A DNA stretch of 64,000 bases from an uncultured Bacillales bacterium (lineage in GTDB: Bacteria > Bacillota_I > Bacilli_A > RF39 > UBA660): assembly GCA_946628005.1 (NCBI GenBank), contig CAMOWA010000003.1, forward strand, positions 28-64,027, given 5' to 3'. The translations under genes were made by a program, and so were the position numbers. A model generated the notes under the pieces. It was not told the DNA's origin, ran no database searches, and saw only the letters and a program-made list of their open reading frames with translations. Below, piece after piece: positions 47,533 to 56,827 of the stretch. The first letter of the stretch is position 1. The number at the start of each line of letters is the position of its first letter.

Positions 47533-48192
47533 ATGGAAGAATTATTTAAAAAAATAAAAATAAAACCTAAAGATATGAGATTATATCGTATGGCTTTTCA
47601 ACATAGCTCTTATACTAATGAACATAAAGAGAAAGCTAATTATGAGAGATTAGAGTTTCTTGGAGATGCTGTTTTGGATCTTGTTGTTGCTGATTATTTA
47701 TATAGTAATTTTAAAGATAGAGAAGGGGAGATGACAAAAGTAAGAGCAAGTTACGTTTGCGAAAATGCAAATTATGCTTATGCTATGTCTTTAGGACTTC
47801 CTAATTATATGCTTCTAGGTCATGGTGAAGAAAAAGATGGAATAAAGAAAGCAATTGTTGCTGATATTTTTGAAGCTTTTGTAGGCGCGATTTATTTAGA
47901 TTTAGGGTATGCTACTGTAAGAAATGTATTATTAAATATTATAGTTCCTTTTATTGAAAATCCTAATATTAGTTTTTTTCATGATTATAAAAGTGCTTTA
48001 CAAGAGTATGTTCAAACAAGGCAGCGGTCTGTTGTTTATCAGCTAATTAAAGAAGAGGGACCTGCTCATGAAAAGAAATTTACTATGGAAGTTTTAGTTG
48101 ATAATATTTGCTATGGAGTAGGTGTTGGTTCTAGTAAAAAGGATGCCGAACAAGAGGCGGCTAAGGTTGCATTAGATAAGTTAGCTATTTAG
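47533..48192 (+). CDS. rnc: Ribonuclease III
   Basis: ERLEFLGDAVL signature and a C-terminal dsRBD (GPAHEKKF..GSSKKDAEQEAA). Confidence 0.92.
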   Translation: MEELFKKIKIKPKDMRLYRMAFQHSSYTNEHKEKANYERLEFLGDAVLDLVVADYLYSNFKDREGEMTKVRASYVCENANYAYAMSLGLPNYMLLGHGEEKDGIKKAIVADIFEAFVGAIYLDLGYATVRNVLLNIIVPFIENPNISFFHDYKSALQEYVQTRQRSVVYQLIKEEGPAHEKKFTMEVLVDNICYGVGVGSSKKDAEQEAAKVALDKLAI

Positions 48193-48567
48193 AAGTATGT
48201 TATGGAAACAATAAATTATGGATATTGATAAATATCTTTTTATAAATAGTAATTATAGTTGTTTGTACTATGTAAAAGATAAAAAAATATATTCTATTTT
48301 GTATAAAAATAAAATTTTAGATAAGAATAAATATAGAATTCTATATAATGATATAGAACAATTGTTATGTTCATAATATGAAATAAGTTATAAGGATGGA
48401 TTTAAAAAATCTATTAAAATTGATAAAAATAATTATAAATAAAGACGTTTCTATGCAAAGAAATAGTGGAGTATTATACTTTTACTAATTAAGATTTATT
48501 GAAATTTTTTCTTTAGATTCTTAATTTACGTTTTTTTTGTCAAGATATAAAAATAAATGAAAAGATG

Positions 48568-48597
48568 TTGATTTCTTTATTTTATTTTGGTTATAAT
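48568..48597 (+). promoter_or_regulatory. SigA-type promoter for the sipW locus
   Basis: TTGATT, 18-nt spacer, TATAAT. Confidence 0.45.
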
Positions 48598-48660
48598 ATA
48601 ATTACAAAATATGGTACCGAAGTAGACATGGTATTAGTTTTGAAATAAGAGGAAAGAGGT

Positions 48661-49170
48661 ATGGAAGATATGAAAAGAAGAACAGGAATTTTAGGTGTGT
48701 TAATTGCTATATTAGCCATTGGTATTGGTTATGCTGTAGTTTCTGCTATTCCTTTAGAAATTAAAGGTACTGGTACGGTTGCTTCTAATCCAGATGGGTT
48801 TGTGGTTAAATTTAAAGAAGTTGCTTCTAAAACTGGAGCTGGAACTCTTAATGCTGGTATAACTGATGATACTCATGCAACAATCTCTGTTTCTGGTTTG
48901 ACGGAGAGTGGACAAAAAGCTACTTTTGTGTATACTGTTTTAAATGCTAGTGAAGAAATGAATTATGCAGCTAATTTAACAACTCCAACTGTTGAAGTTG
49001 AAAAGAGTGAATATTTTGATGTTACTGCTATTGTTGACAATCCAACTACAATTAAACAAAATGAAACAACTACAGTTACTGTTGTTGTTACAGCTAAAAA
49101 AACACCTGTTGGTGATGATGTTACATCAAATATTACTGTTACATTAAATGCTGAAGCTGTAGAAGCATAA
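48661..49170 (+). CDS. Small secreted Thr/Val-rich beta-type protein, candidate SipW substrate
   Basis: N-terminal RR + hydrophobic + AVVSA signal. It lies directly upstream of the SipW-type peptidase, as tasA-like genes do. Confidence 0.45.
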   Translation: MEDMKRRTGILGVLIAILAIGIGYAVVSAIPLEIKGTGTVASNPDGFVVKFKEVASKTGAGTLNAGITDDTHATISVSGLTESGQKATFVYTVLNASEEMNYAANLTTPTVEVEKSEYFDVTAIVDNPTTIKQNETTTVTVVVTAKKTPVGDDVTSNITVTLNAEAVEA

Positions 49171-49194
49171 AAGATTTAAAAAGGGGAAGAGTAC

Positions 49195-50310
49195 ATGAAA
49201 AAGTATATAACGGAACAGCTGTTATTTGAAATTATTTTAACTTTATTTTTCCTTATATGTACTCTTTTTCATCTTATTGAAAATAAGTATTTTACTGCGG
49301 TTATTATTTTTATAATTGCAGCTTTTCTTTCTGTTAAGTATAAGGTAAAAAGAACTATTAAACCAAACTATAAAAATGTTTTTTATGTATTATTAATATT
49401 TGCCATAATAAATGTTGCTTTCTTTTATATGTTTGGTTTATATTCTGGATTTGTTAAAAGTTCAAATTTTTTCATTTTACAGAATTTTGTTAAATATATT
49501 ATTCCAATTTCTATTATTATTTTATCCTTAGAAGTCGTAAGAGATAGATTATTATTATCAAACTCGAAATTAAGTTTTTATTTTATTGTTTTTATTACTA
49601 GTTTAGTTGATTTTGCTGTTTACGATAATATTTATAATTTGTCTAATATTAATGGATTTTTATCTTTTATTGGTTTAATTGTTTTAACTTCTTTTGCTAA
49701 TAATATTTTTTATACGTATATTAGTAAGAATTATGGTATGAAGCCTGTTATTATTTATAAAATGATTACTATTTTATTTATTTATATTATTCCTTATAGT
49801 GTAAATATATATTCTTTTTTTAGAATCTTTTTAAATTTAATTTATCCTTTATTTATGTATTTGTATATTGATAAGTATTATGATTTAGATAATTACCGAA
49901 AATCTAATAAGATTGAAAGAGGGGATGCTATAGAGTTATGTTTTTTTTCAGTCTTAGTTATTTGTTTTATAGCTTTAATTTCTTGTCAATTTTATTATGG
50001 AATCTTAGTAATAGGTTCAGAATCTATGAAGGGGACAATTGAAAAAGGAGATGCAATTTTATATAAGAATATAAAGAAAGGTATTAAAGAAGGGGATGTT
50101 ATTGTTTTTAAACGTGATGATATTCGAATTGTTCATCGAGTTATTTCTATAAAAAATGTTAATCATCAAGTTCGATTTTATACTAAGGGGGATAATAATC
50201 CTTTGATGGATGATGGGTATGTTACTGAAGATACTCTTATTGGTAAAGTATTATTTAAAATAAAATATATTGGGTTACCTTCATTGTGGTTTAGAAAAAA
50301 ATTTGTGTAA
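49195..50310 (+). CDS. sipW: SipW-type (ER/archaeal-type) signal peptidase I fused to a ~250-aa polytopic N-terminal domain
   Basis: The C-terminal 115 aa contain GSESMKGTIEKGD (Ser), IVHRV (His) and TKGDNN. The N-terminus has about 8 hydrophobic helices. Confidence 0.7.
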   Translation: MKKYITEQLLFEIILTLFFLICTLFHLIENKYFTAVIIFIIAAFLSVKYKVKRTIKPNYKNVFYVLLIFAIINVAFFYMFGLYSGFVKSSNFFILQNFVKYIIPISIIILSLEVVRDRLLLSNSKLSFYFIVFITSLVDFAVYDNIYNLSNINGFLSFIGLIVLTSFANNIFYTYISKNYGMKPVIIYKMITILFIYIIPYSVNIYSFFRIFLNLIYPLFMYLYIDKYYDLDNYRKSNKIERGDAIELCFFSVLVICFIALISCQFYYGILVIGSESMKGTIEKGDAILYKNIKKGIKEGDVIVFKRDDIRIVHRVISIKNVNHQVRFYTKGDNNPLMDDGYVTEDTLIGKVLFKIKYIGLPSLWFRKKFV

Positions 50311-50316
50311 AGAGGG

Positions 50317-51732
50317 ATGTATATGGATAAAGATTATAATTTTCGATTAAGAGAAATACGTGGAATTGTTTTAATGGTTATTTTAACTTTAGTTATTGGG
50401 TTATCCTCATTATTTTTCTATTTTTATAGATTAAGTAATCAATATATTCATTATGATGAAAAAAGTGATATTGATTATAAGGTTTTATTAAAGGATAATG
50501 AATTTTATAAAGATAATTATTTAGAAAAGGATAAAGGATATGTTTCATCTTTAATAGATAATATTGAGACACAATTTAAATATGACTTAAATTTTGATCA
50601 GAAAATTAAATATAAATATTCTTACAAAATTGTTGCTGAAGTTGATGTTTCTGATTCTCAGTCGAAACATAATATTTATCATTATTCTGAAGATTTAAAG
50701 ACTCGTGATTTGGAATCTCATGTTGGAAATTTAAATGTTTCTGAAACTCTATCTATCAATTATCAACAGTATAATGATATAATTAATAGATTTAAAGATG
50801 TTTATGATTTATCTAATACAGATGCTGTATTAAATGTTTATTTATATGTTAATGTACAAAATATTGAACAAAGTAATAGTTCTAGTTTGATGAATAAGAA
50901 AGTGTCTGGATTATCTATACCATTAACTTTAAATACTGTAACTATTGATATTGGTAATGATATTATTTCTAATTCAAACAATCATTTAGTTTTAAGTAGA
51001 TATAATAAGTATAGTTGGGTTTTAGTTTTAAGTATTATTTATATTTTATTATCTGTTTTATATATTATATATTTAGTTTTATTTATGATGAAAACTAGAA
51101 CTGCTCAAATGATTTATGATAAAGAAATTAAAAGTATTATGAATAATTATGATAGTTATATTCAGCGTATTTCTGGTTCATATGATATTGGAACTTCACA
51201 AGTTATAAAAATTGAGTCTTTTAGTGATATGTTAGAAATTCGTGATACTTTGAAACAACCTATTTTAATGCTTGAAAATGAGGAGAAAAATGGTACTTTC
51301 TTTATTATTCCTGCTACTAATAGTATTATATATACTTATGCATTAAGAGTTGTTGATATTAAAGCTAAAATGGATGGAAATGAAGTTCCTACTTATGATA
51401 TTACTGAAATTCCTCATGGTGAATTTGTAAAAAATAAGAAGTATACTGATGAATATATTAAAGAACAAATCACTATGACTAGTGCGTTGCCAACTGTTGA
51501 TGAGAAAAATGTTATTAAGGGAAATAAAGATAAAGATAATAGTTTATATGATCAGTTAGAAAAGACTAGTAGTTTTGATATTAAAGAAATTAAGAGAGCA
51601 GAAAAGGAATTGAAAAGAAAAAATAAAACTTCTAAGAATATAAGGTCTAAATCAAAAAATAAATCTTCCTCTAATTCAAAAAAAAAGTCTACTAAAAAAA
51701 GGGCTAGTACAAAATCATCTACTAAGAAATAA
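50317..51732 (+). CDS. Two-TM protein with a Lys/Ser-rich tail (possibly DUF5305-like SipW-locus partner)
   Basis: ORF structure and position after sipW. Family assignment rests on memory only. Confidence 0.35.
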   Translation: MYMDKDYNFRLREIRGIVLMVILTLVIGLSSLFFYFYRLSNQYIHYDEKSDIDYKVLLKDNEFYKDNYLEKDKGYVSSLIDNIETQFKYDLNFDQKIKYKYSYKIVAEVDVSDSQSKHNIYHYSEDLKTRDLESHVGNLNVSETLSINYQQYNDIINRFKDVYDLSNTDAVLNVYLYVNVQNIEQSNSSSLMNKKVSGLSIPLTLNTVTIDIGNDIISNSNNHLVLSRYNKYSWVLVLSIIYILLSVLYIIYLVLFMMKTRTAQMIYDKEIKSIMNNYDSYIQRISGSYDIGTSQVIKIESFSDMLEIRDTLKQPILMLENEEKNGTFFIIPATNSIIYTYALRVVDIKAKMDGNEVPTYDITEIPHGEFVKNKKYTDEYIKEQITMTSALPTVDEKNVIKGNKDKDNSLYDQLEKTSSFDIKEIKRAEKELKRKNKTSKNIRSKSKNKSSSNSKKKSTKKRASTKSSTKK

Positions 51733-51757
51733 GAAAATCTTATTTCTTTTTTTTTTA
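51724..51757 (+). terminator. Rho-independent terminator
   Basis: AAGAAAT/ATTTCTT stem followed by T10. Confidence 0.6.
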
Positions 51758-51860
51758 TAATGTTTATCGTCAATTAAACATAGAGGAAGATTTGAAAAAA
51801 ATGTGAATGCAACATTAATTTGATTTGCTACTCTTTTCTTAAACTTATTGTCTTTAGTAA

Positions 51861-51889
51861 TAAAAAAATGACACTCATTTAAGAGTGTC
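51861..51889 (-). terminator. Rho-independent terminator of the 52019-52855 gene
   Basis: GACACTC/GAGTGTC stem. A U-run follows on the - strand. Confidence 0.6.
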
Positions 51890-52018
51890 TTAACAAATTT
51901 AATTTTGGTAGACATTTTATATATCAAAACTGAATGTTCCCTTTTTATTTTATTTGTCAAAATGCTAAACGCTTAATAAAGATATTGATTCTATTTTCTT
52001 TCCTATTTAAAATTATTG

Positions 52019-52855
52019 TTAATTTGTTTTGCTCGTATAGTATTTATCAAGTAAAGTAAGTATTTTTTCTTTTCCTCTTTCATAATCTTCTACTACTTTT
52101 TTTATTGTTTTTGTTGGATTATTTGCTAATTCGCTTTCTGGGGAATAAGTACCATTTTTTAGTATTTGTTCTATTGAATTTATGATTTCGTATTTTGTAA
52201 AGTTACTTTCTAATTTTGGGGATAGTTCAAAGCTATAATAGTCATTACTATTTAAGATAAACTCAATATTTTCTTTGCTATTTACTTTGCCTGTTTTTCT
52301 CATGTTAGATATTAATGAAATAATAGAGTTTCTATCAATTCTTTGATATCCATTAAAGTATGTTAAACACATTATAAGTTTTTTCCATTCGTCTGCAACT
52401 CCAAAACCTCCACCATATACTCTTCTATCTACTCTTTCTATTGTTTTTTCAATATTTTTTTTATTTTGCGAAAAACTATTTTCTTTCATAAGCTTTATAA
52501 TATTATTATCGCATATTAAACGAATACTATACATATTTTGTAGTTTGTCACTATTAAATATTAATTTTTTAATAGTTGAATAATTATTGTTATCTCTTAA
52601 ATCTTTACAAGATATTTGAAGACCTTTTTCTTGTAATATTACTTTATTTAATAATTCCCTTATTCTTTTTATTGCGAAGTATTTATGATGATCTAGAGAA
52701 TTTGATATATAAATATAATTATCTTTTGCTGTATCTATAAATTTTGATGTTTTTATATTAAAATATTCAAAGCTATTTGCTCCTTGAAATCTATAAAGTT
52801 CTTTAATTATATTTTCTTTTTTTATTTCTATTATTACTTCATCATATAAATTCAT
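52019..52855 (-). CDS. Hypothetical 278-aa protein
   Basis: Long ORF with ggagtg RBS. No recognisable motif. Confidence 0.45.
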   Translation of the reverse strand: MNLYDEVIIEIKKENIIKELYRFQGANSFEYFNIKTSKFIDTAKDNYIYISNSLDHHKYFAIKRIRELLNKVILQEKGLQISCKDLRDNNNYSTIKKLIFNSDKLQNMYSIRLICDNNIIKLMKENSFSQNKKNIEKTIERVDRRVYGGGFGVADEWKKLIMCLTYFNGYQRIDRNSIISLISNMRKTGKVNSKENIEFILNSNDYYSFELSPKLESNFTKYEIINSIEQILKNGTYSPESELANNPTKTIKKVVEDYERGKEKILTLLDKYYTSKTN

Positions 52856-53056
52856 AGTAGTTCACTCCTTTTTAACGAGCTATATTTTATCATATTAATT
52901 TTTAATTATCAATTAATTTTTATTTTTATTTTTATTTTTGTGTTAATAAGATGATGTTTTTTTGATAATTTATTGGTATTTCTTTCTTATAAAGTTATCT
53001 TTTGTTATAGATTATTTATAAGTATTCTAGTTGTATTTGAATATAGTTTTTTCATT

Positions 53057-53087
53057 AAAAAAAACTATATGATTTGAACATATAGTT
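53057..53087 (-). terminator. tRNA-Arg terminator
   Basis: On the - strand: AACUAUAU-guucaaauc-AUAUAGUU followed by U8. Confidence 0.7.
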
Positions 53088-53096
53088 AAATTTCAA

Positions 53097-53173
53097 TGGT
53101 GTCCCTGGGCAGATTCGAACTGCCGACACCCACCTTAGGAGGGTGGTGCTCTATCCTGCTGAGCTACAGAGAC
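53097..53173 (-). tRNA. tRNA-Arg (anticodon CCU), CCA encoded
   Basis: The reverse complement GUCUCUGUAGCUCAGCAGGAUAGAGCACCACCCUCCUAAGGUGGGUGUCGGCAGUUCGAAUCUGCCCAGGGACACCA folds into a 77-nt cloverleaf with anticodon loop CU-CCU-AA. Confidence 0.9.
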
Positions 53174-53235
53174 ATTTGCTCATTTTTCAATGAGCTATAT
53201 TTATTTTATCATGTTTTTTATTTATTGAAAATAGT

Positions 53236-54888
53236 TTATACTTCTTGAATTACTGTAATGATCATTGGCTTTGATTCTGTCTCTTTATAAAAGAATTTTC
53301 CTAAAGTTTCTCTTATATCATTTTTTATCTTTGTATAGTCAACTTTTTTACTGTTATAATCTATACTTTCTTCGATTACTTCTTTAGATAATTCTTTTGT
53401 TTGTATTAGTAAGTCTTGACTTTCTTTTACATATATGAATCCTCTTGTTAATATTTCTGGACCTCCTAATATTTCTTTTGTTTTTTTATCTAGAGTACAG
53501 CTTATTATTACTATACCGTTTTCACCTAACATTTCTCTATCTTTTAATACTAGGTTTCCTATATCTCCGCCATTATTTCCATCTATTAATATTTCATCTG
53601 TTTCTATTCGCTCAGTAGTATTTGTGTTTTCTCCATCTTTCATTTCAAATACATCGCCATTTAGTTTTAATATTATATTTTCTTTAGGTATTCCTAGTTG
53701 TTCTGCTATTTCTGCATTTGCATATTGATTTCTATATTCTCCTTTTACTGGCATAAAGTATTTTGGATTCATTAAATTAATCATTAACATTAAATCCTCT
53801 CTTGATGCATGATGAAGTAGGTGCTTTTTATTTGATAAGCATATGGCATCAGCACCTAGCATTGCTATTTCATCCATTATAACGGCAAGTCTTTTTTCAA
53901 TTCCTGGATAAGATGGTTCTGTTATAAAGATTGTATCTGTATCTTTTATTGAAATATACTTATCAAATCCTTTGATAATTCTTTCTAAGTTGGCAAATGG
54001 TTTTTCTTTTTCATCTGAAATTAATATAATAGAATTCTTACTTTCTAAGTCTGATAAAGTTCCAATCTTATCTTGATCTATTGTTAAGTACTCATCTTTT
54101 ATTGCGCTATTTATTGATTCTTGTAAACTTTTGCCCATAATTACTATTTTTCTATGAGTTTGTGATACTTCGTTAAATATTTCTTGTATTCTATAAAAAT
54201 GTGCTGGAAATATAGTAGCAATAATTCGATTTTCGGATTTATTTAATACTTCCTTTATAAAGTCTGATACTCTATTTTGTGGAGATGTGTGACCAGCTTT
54301 ATCAGCATAAAATGATTCACACATCAAACATAATACTCCTTGTTTTCCTACATATGCTAGTTTTCCTATATCAGTTTTATAACGTCCAAGCATTGTGGAA
54401 TCAAATGTAAAATCTCCTGTATATACGATTGCTCCATCTGGTGTATATAAGACATAACAAACGGCATCTGGAATAGAGTGGGTTACTCCAATTGAAAAAA
54501 TCATATTTTTTCCAAATTTTATTTTGCTATGAACTTTTATTTCATTTAATTTTGCTATATTTAGCATCTTTTTATCTAAATCTTTTTTTAATATATCTAA
54601 TGTTAATTTTGTTCCGTAAATTGGAACTTCAGGTATTTTATCTAGAATATCTGGCATGGCTCCCATATTCCCATCATGTCCATGTGTTAAAAAGATACCT
54701 TTTATTTTTTTTCTATTCTTTATTAGATAATCAAAGTTTGGTATGATGTAGTCTATTCCTAAATTAATATCATTATCATATTTTAATCCAGCATCGAATA
54801 CAAATATTTCATTATCTACATTTACTACATACATGTTTTTTCCATTTTCGTTTAAGCCACCTAAGGCAAATATTTTAATTTTACTCAT
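53236..54888 (-). CDS. rnj: Ribonuclease J (beta-CASP metallo-beta-lactamase), J2-like with degenerate motif II
   Basis: IKIFALGGLNENGKNMY N-terminus, beta-CASP architecture and 550-aa length. Motif II reads THGHDGNMG rather than HGHEDHIG. Confidence 0.8.
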   Translation of the reverse strand: MSKIKIFALGGLNENGKNMYVVNVDNEIFVFDAGLKYDNDINLGIDYIIPNFDYLIKNRKKIKGIFLTHGHDGNMGAMPDILDKIPEVPIYGTKLTLDILKKDLDKKMLNIAKLNEIKVHSKIKFGKNMIFSIGVTHSIPDAVCYVLYTPDGAIVYTGDFTFDSTMLGRYKTDIGKLAYVGKQGVLCLMCESFYADKAGHTSPQNRVSDFIKEVLNKSENRIIATIFPAHFYRIQEIFNEVSQTHRKIVIMGKSLQESINSAIKDEYLTIDQDKIGTLSDLESKNSIILISDEKEKPFANLERIIKGFDKYISIKDTDTIFITEPSYPGIEKRLAVIMDEIAMLGADAICLSNKKHLLHHASREDLMLMINLMNPKYFMPVKGEYRNQYANAEIAEQLGIPKENIILKLNGDVFEMKDGENTNTTERIETDEILIDGNNGGDIGNLVLKDREMLGENGIVIISCTLDKKTKEILGGPEILTRGFIYVKESQDLLIQTKELSKEVIEESIDYNSKKVDYTKIKNDIRETLGKFFYKETESKPMIITVIQEV

Positions 54889-54973
54889 TTTAACTCCTTT
54901 CTTTTCTTTGAACGAACAAACAGCATATATATTATATCATTATTTTTTCTAGATTAAAACAAAAAAATAAGAG

Positions 54974-55168
54974 TTAGTCAATTCTCTTATATTTTTTCTT
55001 TAAATCATAACCTGCTAATTGTAGTTGAACAATAATTTTATTTATTTCATCATTTGATAATCCAAAATCTTTTAAGTTTCCGCGACTTAAATCTTTTAAT
55101 TTTTTTATGTCAGTTATTTGATGTTCTTCTAGTATATTTAGTATATTTTTTGGTAAATCTAATTTCAT
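54974..55168 (-). CDS. Free-standing RNAP alpha-CTD-like helix-hairpin-helix protein (64 aa)
   Basis: LDLPKNILNILEEHQITDIKKLKDLSRGNLKDFGLSNDEINKIIVQLQLAGYDL aligns by pattern to alpha-CTD (LELSVRSANCLKRAGINTVGDL..L..I.NFGKKSLEEI..KL..LG..L). Its start overlaps the CarD stop codon. Confidence 0.45.
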   Translation of the reverse strand: MKLDLPKNILNILEEHQITDIKKLKDLSRGNLKDFGLSNDEINKIIVQLQLAGYDLKKKYKRID

Positions 55169-55662
55169 CCTTCAATCAGTCCTTTCATTTTTGATATTAT
55201 ATAATTTTTTGTTTCATCAAATGATAAGTCTAAAGCAATTGATAATTCATTATATAAGTATTTTTCAGCAAGTTCAAAATAATGAGTATCTTTTTCACTA
55301 AGTTTCTTTTTATTTGTTATTCTTTTTTGATTTCTTAAATAAGCAGTTTTAATAACTTTTATAAAATCTTCATATGTTCCTGCTTGGATATAAGATTTAT
55401 ATTCATTTTCTATATATTTTTCATCTTGTATTTCAAATGGAGTGATATCAGGAATTTTATTTATAATTTTTTCTGCATCTTTTTTTGATATAATACATCT
55501 TATATAATCATTTGCGTTTTCAGTAGGTATTTCTATTTTTAGTGAATTATCATCTATAGGTACTAAAAGGTAACTTTCTTTTCCGTTTTTTGTATTATGT
55601 TTTATATCTTTTACTATACATACATTTTTTTTGTATACAACATAATCATTTTTTTGAAACAT
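55165..55662 (-). CDS. CarD/CdnL-family RNAP-binding transcription factor
   Basis: N-terminal Tudor-like segment MFQKNDYVVYKKNVCIVKDI. Length is 165 aa. Confidence 0.55.
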   Translation of the reverse strand: MFQKNDYVVYKKNVCIVKDIKHNTKNGKESYLLVPIDDNSLKIEIPTENANDYIRCIISKKDAEKIINKIPDITPFEIQDEKYIENEYKSYIQAGTYEDFIKVIKTAYLRNQKRITNKKKLSEKDTHYFELAEKYLYNELSIALDLSFDETKNYIISKMKGLIEG

Positions 55663-55772
55663 AAAACCCTCCTTGTTTAATTAATTTACCATTATTATAC
55701 TAAAAAAATCAAAAAATCGTAAGAATTATTTTTTAAAATTTATTTTTTATATCGTGCCTGATTTTTTTTTAG

Positions 55773-56174
55773 GTGTTTACGATGACTATAATAAATATAA
55801 ATTTATATATTATTATGGAGGGTGATAATATTGAAAAAGTAATACTTACATTTTATGGATTGGGAAAATGTTCTAATTATCAAGCTCATGTTAATATTTT
55901 TAATTCATGTGGGGATCTTATTTTTTCTTCTATGACAAAAGATGGAAAAACTATTCTTAGTCTTCCTATTAATAAGGCATATACTGTTTTAGCTATTTTT
56001 CAAAATCAAATTATTGTTTCTAGTTTTTATGTTGATTGTATCTATAATAAATTTGTGTTTTTTTTCCAAAGTAGTATTATTCACTTAAATAAGGTTACCT
56101 TCTATCTTAGTGATTTTTATTATAATAATTTAAAAATTGAGAAAGGAGAAATATTACTATGGCCAAAAATATAA
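55773..56174 (+). CDS. Hypothetical small beta-rich protein; start uncertain
   Basis: ORF only. The ATG at 55815 is a more likely start than the GTG at 55773. Confidence 0.35.
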   Translation: MFTMTIININLYIIMEGDNIEKVILTFYGLGKCSNYQAHVNIFNSCGDLIFSSMTKDGKTILSLPINKAYTVLAIFQNQIIVSSFYVDCIYNKFVFFFQSSIIHLNKVTFYLSDFYYNNLKIEKGEILLWPKI

Positions 56175-56695
56175 TTATTACGAATGGTGTTGGAGAAGAG
56201 GAGATTATTAATGGTTCATTTGATGTAGCTGCGGTGGTTACTGGATATGATAATTCTACAATTTCCCCAGCTTCTATTTCTGTAGTTGAAGGGACAAATA
56301 CTTATAATTTTACTATTTCTGCTACTGGAGTTTTAACGTTACATGTTACTGAAGATGGTACTTCATCAGGTACTCCTATTGTTGGAGCTACTTTTGTAAG
56401 AGTTGATTCAGAAGGAAATACTTATTCATCTTTAATCACTACTGATTCTAATGGTGATGCGGTATTTGAACATGTTCCTTTTGCAGAGAGTGGAGCACCT
56501 GTTGTATACTTTAGGCAAACAGCGTCTGATGGAGAACATGAATTTGATAATAGTATTCAGAATGTTACTTTAACTACTTCAAGTGAAGTTATACAAATAG
56601 AAAATGCAGTTGGAGCTTTACGTACTATTACTTTAACTGATGCTAATTATAATAATTTACCAATTAGTGGTGAATTAATATTAACGAATGAATAG
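56159..56695 (+). CDS. Hypothetical protein with a Cna-B/carboxypeptidase-regulatory-like Ig-fold segment, no signal peptide
   Basis: LHVTEDGTSSGTPIVGATFVRVDSEGNTYSSLITTDSNGDAVFEHVPF pattern. Confidence 0.4.
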   Translation: MAKNIIITNGVGEEEIINGSFDVAAVVTGYDNSTISPASISVVEGTNTYNFTISATGVLTLHVTEDGTSSGTPIVGATFVRVDSEGNTYSSLITTDSNGDAVFEHVPFAESGAPVVYFRQTASDGEHEFDNSIQNVTLTTSSEVIQIENAVGALRTITLTDANYNNLPISGELILTNE

Positions 56696-56715
56696 ATCTT
56701 TTTGATCTATTTTTC
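56692..56715 (+). terminator. Rho-independent terminator
   Basis: ATAGATC-ttttt-GATCTAT followed by a T-run. Confidence 0.6.
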
Positions 56716-56744
56716 TTGACAAATTTATTTGTTATTAATAAAAT
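56716..56744 (+). promoter_or_regulatory. SigA-type promoter of the NAD cluster
   Basis: TTGACA, 17-nt spacer, TAAAAT. Confidence 0.55.
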
Positions 56745-56827
56745 GATAAAAAGAAAGGAATTTAGTCTTGCTTATATTCAACTTGAAAAAAATATGTTAT
56801 ATTGAAAAATAGGGAAGGGAGATTACT

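Noticed and set aside
53041-53087. Three copies of ATATAGTT/AACTATAT that allow mutually exclusive hairpins (attenuator-like) next to the tRNA
   Set aside because: The simplest reading is the intrinsic terminator of tRNA-Arg on the - strand (stem + U8). No leader ORF or regulated downstream gene is present. The extra arm just extends the A/T-run pairing.
51733-53096. Possible integrated island at the 3' end of tRNA-Arg (two - strand hypothetical ORFs)
   Set aside because: I found no direct repeat of the tRNA 3' end (tggtgtccctgggcagattcgaa) in 51700-53096, and no integrase. ORF 51715-51960 contains the terminator hairpin of the neighbouring gene and is probably not real.
56745-56827. Search for an NrtR operator palindrome between the promoter and pncB
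   Set aside because: Only weak partial symmetry (..TTTAGTCTTGC..CAACTTGAA..) was found. It is not convincing without a comparative motif model.
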